A stretch of DNA of 64,000 nt, from contig OX597826.1 in NCBI GenBank assembly GCA_951406725.2, positions 2,294,001 to 2,358,000 of the forward strand, read 5' to 3'. Numbering within the stretch: the first letter of the stretch is position 1; each line of letters begins with the position of its first letter. This stretch comes from Octopus vulgaris (taxonomy: Eukaryota). The notes under the pieces were generated by a model that was given only the letters and a program-made list of their open reading frames with translations, did not search any database and was not told where the DNA came from. Made by a program: the position numbers and the translations under genes. This document shows positions 1 to 13,467 of this stretch, in pieces.

Positions 1-59
1 AGTGATGTTCTCGTGCCCTGCACTGTTTCACTGTGAAGAAAGTTGGGCCTAACTGTTAT

Positions 60-345
60 CTAAATACTGCTGAGAAGATAAGGGGAAGATGAACTCAAGA
101 CGATGGTAGAAGTATAGTGGAATGCTACTTCACAAGCAAGCTTCAAGAAAAATAAGGTACAGGAAATGAAGCTATTGGGACTGAGATTCGCATTGTCGAC
201 CAACAGTAAAGTACCAGCCTATATTCTGTAAGAATCCAACGAAGAGTCTCGTGATTTAAGAAGACTTATTGTCACCATACCTTAGGAAAAGGTTCCTTCC
301 AATTCGATTAGCATCTTCTAGCTTCATAACAACAACAACAACAAT
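60..345 (+). mobile_element. Old 3' end of an R4/Dong-like LINE (very degenerate)
   Basis: Decayed C-terminal-like coding signal, then AAGACTTATTGTCAC (3'UTR-like) and a (CAA)n tail; adjoins clearer relics of the same clade. Confidence 0.3.
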
Positions 346-760
346 TACTGGCAAAGGAAACTAGCGCTGGTAGGTGGGAGCAGAAATTTCTGCATGGCAA
401 ACATGTGGCTCATAACAAAGGAGCTGATGTTAAACAGAAGCCCACTCAGCAGTGGCTCAAAGCTAATAGCAGAAATTGGGTTTCATCTTAGCTGCTCAAG
501 ATCAAAGCTTATTGACCCAGAACAACCTAGCCGATGAGATAAAAACGGAGCAGATCTTAAGTACCGCATCTACAATGGTGAAATTAAATATAGTAGCGCA
601 ATTAATATATCCATGTAAAGGTTACCACAAGCAGAGTGTAAATCAAGACATGACGGAATTGGTTAAAATATTCTACATTGATTAATATGTCGGCAATATA
701 AAATTAAAAGTGTTGACAACTGGTGTAAGCATCACTTCTTCAATAGTGACGATGTAACAA
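346..760 (+). mobile_element. R4/Dong-like RLE LINE fragment
   Basis: Translates to LHGKH...QQWLK...GFILAAQDQSLLT, homologous to QQWLRSSGLKAETEGFLIAAQDQSLPT of the element at 11.6 kb; frameshifted. Confidence 0.65.
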
Positions 761-789
761 TTTTTCAGAATATGTAACAATTCTTTATT

Positions 790-1550
790 AGTGGAGAAAG
801 TTTGTTAAAAGCTGTTAGAGTTACATCAGGTTATAAGGAAACAAAAAAACCCAACTAAGTTAAAAACAAGATAAAGGAACGGAAATTATCTGACTGGCAG
901 GAGCAGGCGTTGCATGGTAGATTCCCAAAGATAGTTGCAGCAAATAGTAGTAGTGAGACATGGGTATGGTTGCAGAAACGAAAATTGGAAAGGGTGACAG
1001 AAAGTTTGTTTGTAGCTGCACAACATCAAGCATTAATGCCTAATTTGATAAACGCCAAGACAAACAAAAAACAAGTAGATGCTCAATGTAGGTTATGCAA
1101 ATCAAAAGTGGACTGTAATCCACTGGGAATTATGTACAAAGTTAAGATTTGAACGTAGTAATAAATGGTATGAACCTAGTGAATTACTAGAAAGTAAGAT
1201 ATACAAAATGTTGTGAGACTTTAAAATTCAGATTGACAGAGGAATAGACGCCAGAATGCCTGCTTTAATAGAAGTAGAGAAAGGAAATAGAAAGTGCCAG
1301 ATAATTGACTTTATAATCCCAAATGATGAAAAAATCAATATGAGTGGTATAGAAAAAATACCAAAGTACCAGAACCTAGCCATTGAATTACAGAGACTGT
1401 GGAAAATGCGGATTAAATGTATCCAGGTAGTTATAGGTGAATTGGGAAGTATCGCATAAGATCTGAACAGATGGATAGAAGGACGAGGCATAAAACCTAG
1501 TTTAGAACAGCTGCAGAAAACAGCGTTATTAGGAACAGCTCTGATCTTAT
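790..1550 (+). mobile_element. R4/Dong-like RLE LINE 3' portion (diverged subfamily, pseudogenised)
   Basis: WQEQALHGRF, ESLFVAAQHQAL, CRLC zinc-knuckle start, IIDFIIP...EKIPKYQNLAIELQRLW...VVIGELG and LQKTALLGTALIL C-terminus; stops and frameshifts. Confidence 0.8.
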
Positions 1551-1786
1551 ACCTATTTCTTTACTACCCACAAGGGGCTAAACACAGAGGTGACAAACAA
1601 GGACAGACAAACGGATTAAGTCGATTACATCGACCCCAGTGCGTAACTGGTACTTATTTAGTCGACCCCGAAAGGATGAAAGGCAAAGTCGACCTCGGCG
1701 GAATTTGAACTCAGAACGTAGCGGCAGACGAAATACTGCTAAGCATTTCGCCCGGCGTGCTAACGTTTCTGCCAGCTCACCGCCTT
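1551..1786 (-). mobile_element. Full-length tRNA-derived SINE, family A (Meta/MESC-like core), with 13-bp TSD
   Basis: Minus strand has a pol III-like head (TGGCAGAAACGTTAGC ... GAGTTCAAATTCC) and core GCCTTTCATCCTTTCGGGGTCGA...AAGTACCAG. TSD GCTCTGATCTTAT at 1538-1550 and 1787-1799. Many copies in the window. Confidence 0.9.
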
Positions 1787-1799
1787 GCTCTGATCTTAT

Positions 1800-2075
1800 G
1801 CCGCCAATATGAAACCTTCAGTCTCTACTTTCAGTCCTGGACTTCTCTGCCACGGATGAGTTGTTGCTTGGTCTACATCAGCATTTCGGCTTTCGAAGTT
1901 CATGCAGAGGCTTCTGGCTCCAGTGCTCCTTAATTTGTTTCAGACCGTTCTTTTTCTGCAGTCTGCTTGATCTATTTTGCTTGTTTAGGGGCAGTAATGT
2001 CAGGTTCTTCTAATTCAGGGTTAATGCGAAGCACCCTTGCGAATTTGAGAGCTTCCTTGATAAGAGAATGTGATT
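1800..2075 (-). mobile_element. R4/Dong-like LINE internal fragment
   Basis: Minus strand reads WSQKPLH...DVDQATTHPWQRSPGLKVETEGFILAA. Confidence 0.75.
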
Positions 2076-2107
2076 TTGCATTATTATTCTTATTCTTATC
2101 CTTAATT

Positions 2108-2257
<150 letters not shown>

Positions 2258-2712
2258 GACTCTCATGTCTTCTGATCTTAACTGATTAGAAGTGTTATCA
2301 TGTAGATGGTCTACAGCAAATATTCTGCTGAATACCACAACTTTTAAACATTTCAGCACGTCCCTTAGTGGCTGGTGATATGTGCATCTCTGATCACGAG
2401 CAGAAGTAATGGGGGAGCATCATAGCCATGTGTTGAAAGAAATTCTTTGGGGTTTGGATAATTCACGTTTGGAAACATGGGTGTATCGTTCAACATCCGT
2501 ATACAACCCTTATTCAGGGACCTTTTAAGCATGATGGGCTACTCAACCCGAATAAAAATACTAACTGGGCCCCACATGCAAGGTCATGTGCGGCATATCT
2601 TGATATGAGATCACCATGTCGCGTCACACACATATAGTTGTGATGCATGTGTACTGGTTTTCATACATTTGTACCCCAAAGTCTCTTCCATGCAATTCGC
2701 TTCTCTCTCAGT
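2258..2712 (+). mobile_element. Non-coding interspersed element ending in an (AAT)n tail (family D)
   Basis: Homologous to the reverse complement of 40158-40599 (shared CCCTTAGTGGCTG, GGGGGAGCATCATAGCC, TCTTGATATGAGATCACCATGTCGCG). Confidence 0.8.
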
Positions 2713-2824
2713 CAATAATAATAATAATAACAATAACAACAATAATAATAATGATGATGATGATGCTGATGTTAATAATAAAAATAAAAATAATAAAGAT
2801 GATGATGATGATAATGATTTCACA

Positions 2825-3000
2825 TTTTCGCACAAGGCCAGCAAATACTGAGAAAGGGCTGGTCGATTACATCAACCCCAGTTTTCAAGTGCTATATATT
2901 TTATCGACCCCGAAAAGATATGTAAATTTGATCTCAGAACATGGAGACTGACGAAATAACCATTCCGTCCAGTTTGCTAACGATTCTGTCAAATCATCGG
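2825..3000 (-). mobile_element. Degenerate family A SINE
   Basis: GTCGATTACATCAACCCCAG and TTATCGACCCCGAAAAG core remnants. Confidence 0.7.
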
Positions 3001-3002
3001 CT

Positions 3003-3022
3003 TAATAATAATAACAATAATC

Positions 3023-3085
<63 letters not shown>

Positions 3086-3090
3086 TATAC

Positions 3091-3178
<88 letters not shown>

Positions 3179-3270
3179 TGATGTTGATGATTATGATGAT
3201 GGTGGTGGTGATGGTGATGATGGTGGTGGCGATGGTGATGGCGCTGGCTGTAATTGTGATGTCGACAGTG
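3003..3270. repeat. (AAT)n then (GAT/GGT)n microsatellite
   Basis: Directly visible. Confidence 0.95.
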
Positions 3271-3677
3271 ATGTTAATTTTTTAAAAATAATAACGTTGA
3301 CTCTGTACGTTAATAATATGTAATAAGTTGATTCTCTGTTACACTATCGTGGAATTCTATCTGTAACGTATCAGATATTTTTTTTTTTTAATATTTTGAC
3401 ATGTCAGGAGATACAGAATATATCTACTCCATACATGTTAGCTAAATAAAATGTTTGATTTGTTGAGAATGCGGATTAATATATCACGAGATTACTCAGC
3501 TTTCAACCGTTAGAATTTCAAAAAAAAAAAAAAATTCAACAAACATATTGATTTTAGAAGACATATACAAAAAATAAATATTAATTCTGAACAGGTGTTT
3601 AAGATGGAATCTCTATGAAACAGTATATTCGTTTTCTCTGTGTGGCAAAGATCACAGCTATCATTTTCTGAATTTTA

Positions 3678-3734
<57 letters not shown>

Positions 3735-3771
3735 ATATATATATATATATATATGCTTATATGCGTGTATG

Positions 3772-3802
<31 letters not shown>

Positions 3803-4389
3803 TATGTATATATGTTTCATATATACACACAAACACGCACTCGCACACACATGCGCACGCACACACACACACGCTTATATACACACACCAAGGGAGAAAG
3901 TGATGCAGAGAACGAGATCTCGAGAAACATATATATTAAAGTTATTCTAAGTTAAAGAACAACGATTTGTTTTTTTTTATTAGGTTCCCAAAGAAACGTA
4001 TAACGCAGAGTCACGTAATTTATTAATAAATTTTATCTCAGGCTGATTTTCAAATGGTTTAAACCTCAAACTTTTTCAACGAGAGAATATAATATTTAAT
4101 ATTTGCAAAAGATGATACCATTCCACGAAGATGAGTTCTGGGAGAAATATAAATACCAGTACGGCAACAAAAATACGAGCACGGCAGAAAAACTCTTGTT
4201 CAATGATATTCTACTTCGGTTAGAGAACCAAAACCAAAATTTAATTAGGAAATTATAAGGAGTGTATTTGAGAAACTACATGGAGATGTTAAAAACTATT
4301 CGCACTTTTGCCATAACTTTCTTCAGGTTGCCCACACTTCATCCTGCACACGATTATTCCATTGTATTCAGGGTAAAGAAAGCCACTCC

Positions 4390-5190
4390 GCTGGCGCAGT
4401 TCACCAAGGTAGAATAAATCTCAGTGATCCGATTGCTCATGTTTGAATGTGTGTCAGGGGCTGAAATTCATCGCAGGCTTTCAGGACAATACGGGGCGAA
4501 CGCTCCTCTGCATTGAGATGTGTAGGAGAGTGGATCAGGAAGTTTAAAAATGGTAGCACAAGTTCGAAGACGGTGCAGGGTTCACATCAAACTTCACCAA
4601 TAACTTGAAGATTCAACATCAGATGGTTCTAGTAAACCATCGATGAGGTGGCGTTTTCTCTTCGAATTGGTTATGGTTCAGCATACGAAATCACCAATGA
4701 CAAGATTCACTTGCGGAAAGTCAGTGCGAGATGGATGCCAAGTGAAACTGCCAAATCGTGAAGAGTTATTTAAACGTTTATTTGAGCACTACAACGATGA
4801 AGGGGAGGCTTTTTTGGAGAGAACAATCGCATGAGATCAGATCTGTGTCCATCGTGTTGAATCAGAGAGGGCAACGTCTGGAGTAGAAGCGAAAAGTAAT
4901 TCAAAACTTAAACTTCCGCAGAACAAGTGATACTAACTGTTTTATGCGACCCAAATGGATTATACTGGAACAGTATTTGAAAAAGGGGTCAAAAGACAAC
5001 AGTATAGGCGACAGGGATATTCAGGACAACAAATTGAATCTAGCTAAAAAAAAAAAAAGGCCGATGTCTTCTGTAATGCAAGTGTTAATTGTGCAAGACA
5101 CTGCACGTCCACATGCACACGCTCACACCATTGAAAAATTGAACTGTGAGTTGCTGGAAGACGCTGAATATAGTCCAAGCCTTGCACATC
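4390..5190 (+). pseudogene. Mariner (Tc1/mariner) transposase relic
   Basis: AEIHRRLSGQYG / EWIRKFKNG HTH region, SARWMP (WVP motif), FLERTIA*DQ (first catalytic D region), QDTARPH (HDNARPH) and EYSPSLA (YSPDLAP); many disruptions. Confidence 0.85.
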
Positions 5191-5390
5191 GATGGTCACA
5201 CTGCACTTTGCATCGTTTTATCTTTCGAATAAAGCCATCCTACTTGACAAGCAGGCTTAAATTCTTCCCTGATCGAAAGGGTGGATCTGGAGCAACATAA
5301 AATGAAGTGTCTTGCTCAAGAACATAACACTCTCCCCGGTCAACGATCACAAGCGCAATGGGCAATCATACATACATACATACATACATG

Positions 5391-5484
<94 letters not shown>

Positions 5485-5501
5485 TACATACATACGTACA
5501 C

Positions 5502-5572
<71 letters not shown>

Positions 5573-6348
5573 CATAATTGAAATTAAGTTTCAAGTTATC
5601 GTATTCATATTCCTCTCGTCTGTGCTTAGTTGTTTCTGTGTTCCACCTCATACCTTTCCCTTCATCCCACCATTTATCATGAATTTATTTTATAATATTG
5701 TGTTAATTCCTTTTTCTAGATTATCCATCTTCCATCTACCTACTCATCTGCAATATTTCACTAGATCTTTAATCAAAGTTCATACATTTATAAAACAATA
5801 AAGCGTTTTCCATTCATCTCCAACTATACACTCTACGAAACCAAAAAAAAACAACCTTTATTTAAATATACTTGATATGTTCTTCATCGGCTTCAAACTG
5901 GTTTCTAACTAAAGAAGATTATTATTTAAATCTTCCTAAACCGCGACTCAATAACAGCTGCGTTTTCATATTAAAAGAAAAATAATAATACGTGTACAAA
6001 TTTTATATAAATTCAAAGAAAGAAATAGATAAATGGATAGATAAATAAATAAAAATGTTTAAAAAATGACAATTAAATCTGATATATTTTTTACTTATAA
6101 ATCGTTGTCATGTGATGATGTATCTGTGTTTGTATATAAACCTCTATGTATGTGCAAATGCGCATATATTTCCATATAAATGTGTATATGTGTTCATGTC
6201 TGTGCTGGTGTAATTGTGAATGTGTACGTGCATGTGCGTTTAATTGTACATGATATAAATATGTATGTATTTATCTATGTATGTATGTGTATGTATATAT
6301 ATGTAGAGGTAGAAAACTAGCATTTATATACGTGTGCATAGGTATATG

Positions 6349-6400
<52 letters not shown>

Positions 6401-6554
6401 ATATATATGTATATATATATATGCATGTGACAGTCAATATATATTTTGTTGCATACCGTTGTTCTGTGTGGTTAAATATAATGATTATTTTGTAACAACA
6501 ATTTTCCAGTATGATTTTAATGCAATATATATAAATAGTGGAAATATATATAAA

Positions 6555-6802
6555 TAGCGGACTCCCGGTCGTAGGATCCCGTTTTCGATTCCCAGGCAGG
6601 GCCTTATCTGTGTTTCTTGAGCGAAAACACCTTAAGCTCCACGACGCTCCGGCAGCGGGTGGTGGCGATCCCTGCTGTACTCCTTCGCCACACCTTTCTC
6701 TCACTCTTTCTTCTGTTGGCCTGCTCGCTTAGTCAGCGAAGAGCATTGTGACGAGCGATATGTAGAAACATCTGATGGCCTGGTCGGTCACAAGATCACG
6801 TG

Positions 6803-6808
<6 letters not shown>
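6555..6808 (+). mobile_element. tRNA-derived SINE, family C (5' truncated), ending in (TA)n
   Basis: B-box-like TTTTCGATTCC and TTGAGCGAAAACACC; matches the head at 63866 and the tail at 58851. Confidence 0.75.
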
Positions 6809-6853
<45 letters not shown>

Positions 6854-7424
6854 GTATGTATATATATATATATATATATATATACATGAATATATATATA
6901 TACATATATAGATATGTACGTATATATATACATGTACATATATATATAGATATATGTATAATTATATATACATACACATATATGCATATATAAACATATA
7001 TATGTATGAGTGTATATACATATGTATATATACATAATATATATACATAAATAGATTATACATATATGTGTGTGTTTGTATTTGATTTTGTGTGCACACC
7101 AAGAATTGTTTATATATTTTTGTTTTCTAAGTTATTTTTTCACCGGCGAAGGAGACATTCTCAAGATTCCGAAGACTTACCGAGAATATTATCTATCCGT
7201 TAATCTTCGGTTATCGTAATTCAGATACTCTGTAGGATTTCAATGTTTTTCAATTTTTTTCTTTACAAAACATGTTACATTCTGTTTCCTAACAATAAAG
7301 AAATAAATAGATAAATGAATATTTATCTTTCTGTCTATGTTTCTATCTATCTTACTTCATTTACTCCTTTCTTCCTGGGTTCCTTCCTTCCTTCCTTTTT
7401 TCTTTCTTTCCTTCTTTCTTTTTT

Positions 7425-7456
<32 letters not shown>

Positions 7457-7468
7457 TCCCTCTGTCTG

Positions 7469-7526
<58 letters not shown>

Positions 7527-7553
7527 GATCTATGTGCCTGACTGTTTGTGTGC

Positions 7554-7643
<90 letters not shown>

Positions 7644-7799
7644 GTCTGTCTCTCTGCCTCTGTCTCTCTCTGTCTCTGTCTCTCTGTCTCTCTCTCTCTC
7701 TATCTATCTATCTAACTATCTATCTATCTGTCTGTCTGCCTGCCTCTCTGTCTGTCTGTTTATCTATCTAGCTGTCTATCTACCTTTTATATTTTATCT

Positions 7800-8190
7800 G
7801 ATTCAGTCATTAGACTGCGGCCATGCTGGGCCTCAAAGTATATTTAGTCAAATGAATGTACTCTTGTTCTTGTTTATGTTTTAAAGCCCTGTATTTATTA
7901 TATCGGTTTCTCTTGACAAACCGCTAGATGTCCATCGTTCGTGCGGTAGAAACACGGAAACACAACACACGCACTCTAACACACACACACACAAACACAC
8001 TAACACACACACACACTCTAACACAAACACTAACACACACTCACACCATAACACGCAGATATATACAACGTGCTTCTTTCAGTTCCCGTCTGCAATATCC
8101 ACTCACAAGGGTGTGATCAGCATAAGGCTATATTAGATGACACTTGCCCAATGTTTCACACAGTGGAACTGAACCCTGAACGACTGGTTT
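7800..8190 (-). mobile_element. Degenerate family B SINE (internal microsatellite)
   Basis: Reverse complement of 17011-17425 (GACTGCGGCCATGCTGG; CTTCTTTCAGTT...CCACTCACAAGG...GACACTTGCCCAA). Confidence 0.75.
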
Positions 8191-8194
8191 AATG

Positions 8195-8560
8195 ACCAAA
8201 TTTAACCCTCTCTGCTAGTTGCTCAACAGGGTTTAAAGGTCGTCTTCGTTGAGCTCTACAGATGTTCTAATACGGGTCTCATCCTCTAGCTGAAGATTCC
8301 GTTTCAGAATTTCTGGAACTACCGTTGACACTGGCGTAAGCTTATTGTTCGATCTCCATATACTGCATTAATCTTCCTTGCGCTTTCCGTTCTCTTGCTG
8401 CCTTTATTGATCTCATAATGCCAAATATGCCAAATATGCTCCTTTGTCCCTTCCATTATTACTTCAAATTTACACCATTTTTTTTTTATCTATGAGATGA
8501 TTATTTCCTGAAAATTGTCAGCTCCCGTCTATTATCAAGCAGATTTTATGGTCAATAAAC
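8195..8560 (-). pseudogene. Mariner transposase N-terminal relic with upstream region
   Basis: From the ATG at 8456 (minus strand): MEGTKEHI...YEINKG...ESARKINAVYGDRTISLRQCQR*FQKF...LEDE...VELNEDDL, a typical mariner HTH. Confidence 0.8.
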
Positions 8561-9378
8561 TTATAGAATGTTTCGAAATGCAACATTCCTTTCAATTTTA
8601 GGGTCCTGTCAAACCCATTGGTTTGATACAATACCTTAGGATGTATGTGTCTGTTATTCCCAGCATCTCGAGTCCCATATACTCTAAATATAAATTATTT
8701 TAACTCAACCAATGTATGGAAAACTGAAATCTACCAGGAATGATGGAGGACCCAAAAAGTGAAATTCAATATTTCGAAACTCGGAATTTCCTTAAAATTT
8801 AAAAGGTCATATAATGTGACTGGTAACAGCAATGGAGCTGAAATTTTCAGGAATTGCTAACACAATGTTGTAAACTTGGAGAAAATTTAAGAACCTACGC
8901 AATGGACGGACCTTTGTTTAATCCCACGGGTATGTCCCTCATCGGATTCAATGCGGGCGCTGACAAATTTCAGTTTTGTCGTAGATTTATTTAATTTTCA
9001 AAAGTGGAAGATGTTTTCATGAACATTGATTTTATGATAATACTAGATGCGCACACAGTTTCTGTGGACGACGTGTATTTATCTGTGTACACACACAAAC
9101 ACACTTCTTATCTTTCTAACTATAAATACATAACATAGGTATATCTCTATTCGCGTAAAAGATTATGCTTAAATCTATATTTGAAGCTCAGCTCTCTATA
9201 ATTGTTTCCAAAACCTATGTCTGCTGGCTGTTTAAGTTTTGATCTCTTAGAGATAAACTTGGAATAGTGGTTTTGTAAATAGTTGATTAATTCTAATATA
9301 CATGGTTATTTCTCAATGTTCGAATGCCAATGAGGTTTACAAAACAATGTAATTTAATACTACGAGTATGCACATACG

Positions 9379-9447
<69 letters not shown>

Positions 9448-10147
9448 ATATCTGTCTGTCTGTCTTCTTGCTTGTCTGTCTATCTGTCTGTTCTGCTTAT
9501 TTATCTCTCAATCTTAATTCTTAAACTTCAAAGTTACTTCCATATAAACGTGTAAAAGCTCTATAAATATGTATGTATCCTGCAATCCCTCTATATGTAT
9601 AGGCATGTGTATTTGTAAGTATATATTTATGCATACATACACACACACACTCACACACATATATATGCATGCACACATAGGGCTAGACAGAGAGATGGAT
9701 TGACTAACAAAGAGAGAAAGGTGTGTGTGTGTGTGTATATATATATATGTATGTATGTATGTATGTATATATATATATATATATATATATCAATGGAGCT
9801 AAACAAAGGTATTATTCAAATTCTTTTACTTCCGACATATGTTTCGAATATATCACTGGTATTATTCCAAAGGAATAATATGGTGTAAAACAATGTAATC
9901 TACTCTTCAAGGAAGTGAAGAAATGAAATTCATCACTGAGACATTTTAACAGAAAATAATGGATATGTATAGTTATTAACTGAACGCTATTAAGATAGTT
10001 TAAAAAAATCGTTATATGATATAACATCAGAAGTAGCCTATAGAATTAGGAGAATAAAGTCATATAGACTTGGAAAATATATATATCTCTAGTGAATGTG
10101 AAATGTAAGAAGAAAATTAATCTTTAAATTATGTATAATGATAGATA

Positions 10148-10392
10148 TCACTTATATGAACTGAAGGTGTGTTTCTGCCAATGTTTACATCGGTATGCAC
10201 ACTGTATAACCGCGTTTACAAGGGGATTTTTAGAAAAAAGAATAAAAGATAGTTCAGAATTAAGGAGAAGACAGAATTCCTTGCCTTTGTCATAAGGTAT
10301 CGAGATTGAAAGAATCAACCAATCTAAATTAAATTCTTTATCGTGGTCTTTTAGATTCCATATTAATTTACTAACAAGGGAAAAAACAAACA
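10148..10392 (-). mobile_element. Penelope-like element, C-terminal relic
   Basis: SKLIWNLKD...WLILS...PYDKGKEFCLL...E...CKHWQKH resembles the post-GIY-YIG tail of PLE ORFs; abuts (TA)n. Confidence 0.65.
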
Positions 10393-10394
10393 TC

Positions 10395-10450
<56 letters not shown>

Positions 10451-10626
10451 GGTTGCCCTCTCGTTATCGAGTATGGCGATTGCCCGAAGCTTAACTGTTA
10501 CTGGTGCTGTGATCGAATGTGACTTTTTAACCCAGCTAAGATCTACAATGTCTTGTTCTAATATATGACATAGAAATAATATATACATATATACATGCAT
10601 ATATATATATAAATATATATGTATAT

Positions 10627-10675
<49 letters not shown>

Positions 10676-10769
10676 GCATATATGTATATCTATCTAAATG
10701 TATGTATATATATATATATATATATATATACATACATATATATATGTATATATATATATTCATTTGTAT

Positions 10770-11120
10770 TCTTTTACTTGTTTCGGTCAATTTGCTGCGT
10801 CCATGCTGGAACACCGCCTCTAGTCGAACAAATCGACCCCAGGACTTATTGTATGTAAGCCTAGTACTTATTCTATCGGCCTTTTTTGCCGAACCGCTTA
10901 TATTACGGCGACGTAAACACACCAACATCAGTTGTCAGAGGATGGTGGAAGGGACGGTTTCAAATGTTGGTGTAAGACCAGGAGGGGTAAGTGATTACAT
11001 CGACACCAGTACCCAGCGGGTACTTAGTTTGTCGACCATGAAAGTTTGAAAGGCAAAAGCGACCACGGTTGAACTTTGAGCTCAGAATGCAAAAGACGGA
11101 GAAAATGCCAGCTCGGCACC
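10770..11120 (-). mobile_element. Family B SINE 3' half followed by a degenerate family A SINE
   Basis: CCATGCTGGAACACCGCC...TCGACCCCAGGACTTATT, then GATTACATCGACACCAG...GAAAGGCAAAAGCGACC. Confidence 0.75.
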
Positions 11121-11165
11121 TTAGTAGTTATAATAATAAAATTTAAAAAAAAAAAAAAAAAAAAA

Positions 11166-11248
<83 letters not shown>

Positions 11249-11250
<2 letters not shown>

Positions 11251-12426
11251 TATAAAAGACTATATATACAACGTATAGAAGGTGGTAGAGGCCTTATACA
11301 GCTGGAAAACTACTATAAAATAACCACCATAGGACTGCAAAAATACCTACTTCAGAAGGAAGGAAAACTGATCTAGATAGCAGCAAAACACGAGCAAAAC
11401 AAAAAACTGTTCTCAGTATTTAAGGAAGCTGACAAATACAAACAAGAAATCATACCACCTAATAAACACAAAGAAGAAGAAGAAGATAATGAAGAAACAA
11501 CAAAAGCTATAAAACAAATGAAATCCAAACTAAAAATAGAACAGCAACGAGCCATGATAAAACGATGGCAAGAAAAGCCCCTTCATGGTAAATACTGCAC
11601 TAAACTAAATGCAAAAGAAATAAAGAAAAATCCCAGCAATGGTTGAGAAGCTCAGGACTCAAAGCAGAGACAGAGGGATTTTTAATTGCAGCACAAGACC
11701 AAAGCCTCCCCACCAGAAATTACCAAAAACATGTAATGAAAAGAAATATTACAAGTAACTGCAGAATATGTGGAGATGGACAAGAAACAATAAATCATAT
11801 TATCTCTAGCTGCCCAGTCCTGGCTAAGAAGGAATATATTCACAGACATGACAGAGTTGGAACCTACATACATTGGAAGCTATGCCAACATTATGGAATA
11901 ACAACAGAAAAAAGATGGTATAGGCACACACCAGAAAAGGTCACAGAAAACGAGAAAGCAACCATACTCTGGGATATGCCGATACACACAGATAGAGAAA
12001 TTAAGGCCAACAGACCAGATATAGTTGTCAGAGATCATGAAGAAAAAAAATGCGTTCTAATTGATGTATCAATACCGGCAGATGATAACGTGTCTCTAAA
12101 AGAAATGGAGAAACTCTTAAAATATAAAGACCTGGAAATAGAGGTAACTAGAATGTGGAACCTGAAAACAGAAACAATTCCTATCATAGTAGGTGCATTA
12201 GGCATGATAAAAAAATATTCAGACAAATACATAACAAAAACACCAGGACTTACAAACACATATAACATACAGAAAATTGCACTACTAGGCACTGCACACA
12301 TCCTACGCAGAACACTTTCCATACAATAACCATCAGAGCATCACAACAAATCACAGCACATACCCAAGGCACACAGAGCTGCGCTCGGTAGTGAAGTGAA
12401 AGCACGCTATAAAAATAAAACTACTG
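11249..12426 (+). mobile_element. 5'-truncated R4/Dong-clade RLE non-LTR retrotransposon, young copy, inside an (AAT)n array
   Basis: RLYIQRIEGGRGL thumb-region motif, WQEKPLHG, CCHC knuckle, RLE nuclease motif and a ~97-bp 3'UTR; (AAT)n on both sides; one stop and one frameshift upstream of 11643. Confidence 0.92.
11643..12329 (+). CDS. C-terminal part of the Dong/R4 ORF: zinc knuckle plus restriction-like endonuclease (fragment, not a standalone gene)
   Basis: CRICGDGQETINHIISSC, RHD, RPDIVVRD, KLLKYKDL, LLGTAHILRR. Confidence 0.85.
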   Translation: MRSSGLKAETEGFLIAAQDQSLPTRNYQKHVMKRNITSNCRICGDGQETINHIISSCPVLAKKEYIHRHDRVGTYIHWKLCQHYGITTEKRWYRHTPEKVTENEKATILWDMPIHTDREIKANRPDIVVRDHEEKKCVLIDVSIPADDNVSLKEMEKLLKYKDLEIEVTRMWNLKTETIPIIVGALGMIKKYSDKYITKTPGLTNTYNIQKIALLGTAHILRRTLSIQ

Positions 12427-12440
12427 AATAATAATAATAA

Positions 12441-12494
<54 letters not shown>

Positions 12495-12498
12495 TAAC

Positions 12499-12536
<38 letters not shown>

Positions 12537-12559
12537 TAACAATAATAATAATAATAATG

Positions 12560-12606
<47 letters not shown>

Positions 12607-12628
12607 AATAATAATGATAATAATAATG

Positions 12629-12672
<44 letters not shown>

Positions 12673-12676
12673 AATA

Positions 12677-12753
<77 letters not shown>
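12427..12753. repeat. Long (AAT)n array (tail/target of the Dong element)
   Basis: Directly visible. Confidence 0.95.
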
Positions 12754-13251
12754 CACTGAAATTATTCCATATTTAGCTGTGATAAATTACGATTGTTTCC
12801 TTACATTCAGATCTATTTCATAGGATTGCACATTTTAGCAAGGGAGAGACAGCTATAAATCATAGTGAAGCTACTTCGCATTCTACATTTACTAAGTATA
12901 CGGTGTTTGTTATATTTATTTCCCATCAATATTAATCGTATTTTATACAATATTATGTAGTATAGAATATGATACAAAATATTATATATTCTTTCCATAA
13001 TGCAATTTCTTACGTTAGTTATAATTTCGCTTCGCTATCGCACATACGGTCATGTTGGACATACCAATTACACGTATACAAAGTAGATTATAGATTATTT
13101 TATTCATACATAGCACATACATACGTACACTTATATATATACATGTGTGTTTATGTATGTATATCACACGTGCACATGTCTATACGTATATACACATGCA
13201 TGTATATATATATATATACACATGTATATAGATAGATACACCGGTACGTAC

Positions 13252-13282
<31 letters not shown>

Positions 13283-13310
13283 TGTATCTTTCTATCTATC
13301 TATCTATCTA

Positions 13311-13343
<33 letters not shown>

Positions 13344-13397
13344 GTACATACATACGCAGACAGATACAATTATGCATATGTAGTGTTTATATATATA

Positions 13398-13467
<70 letters not shown>

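Noticed and set aside
12035-12322. 95-aa antisense ORF conserved in both Dong copies
   Set aside because: The conservation only reflects near-identity of the two insertions.
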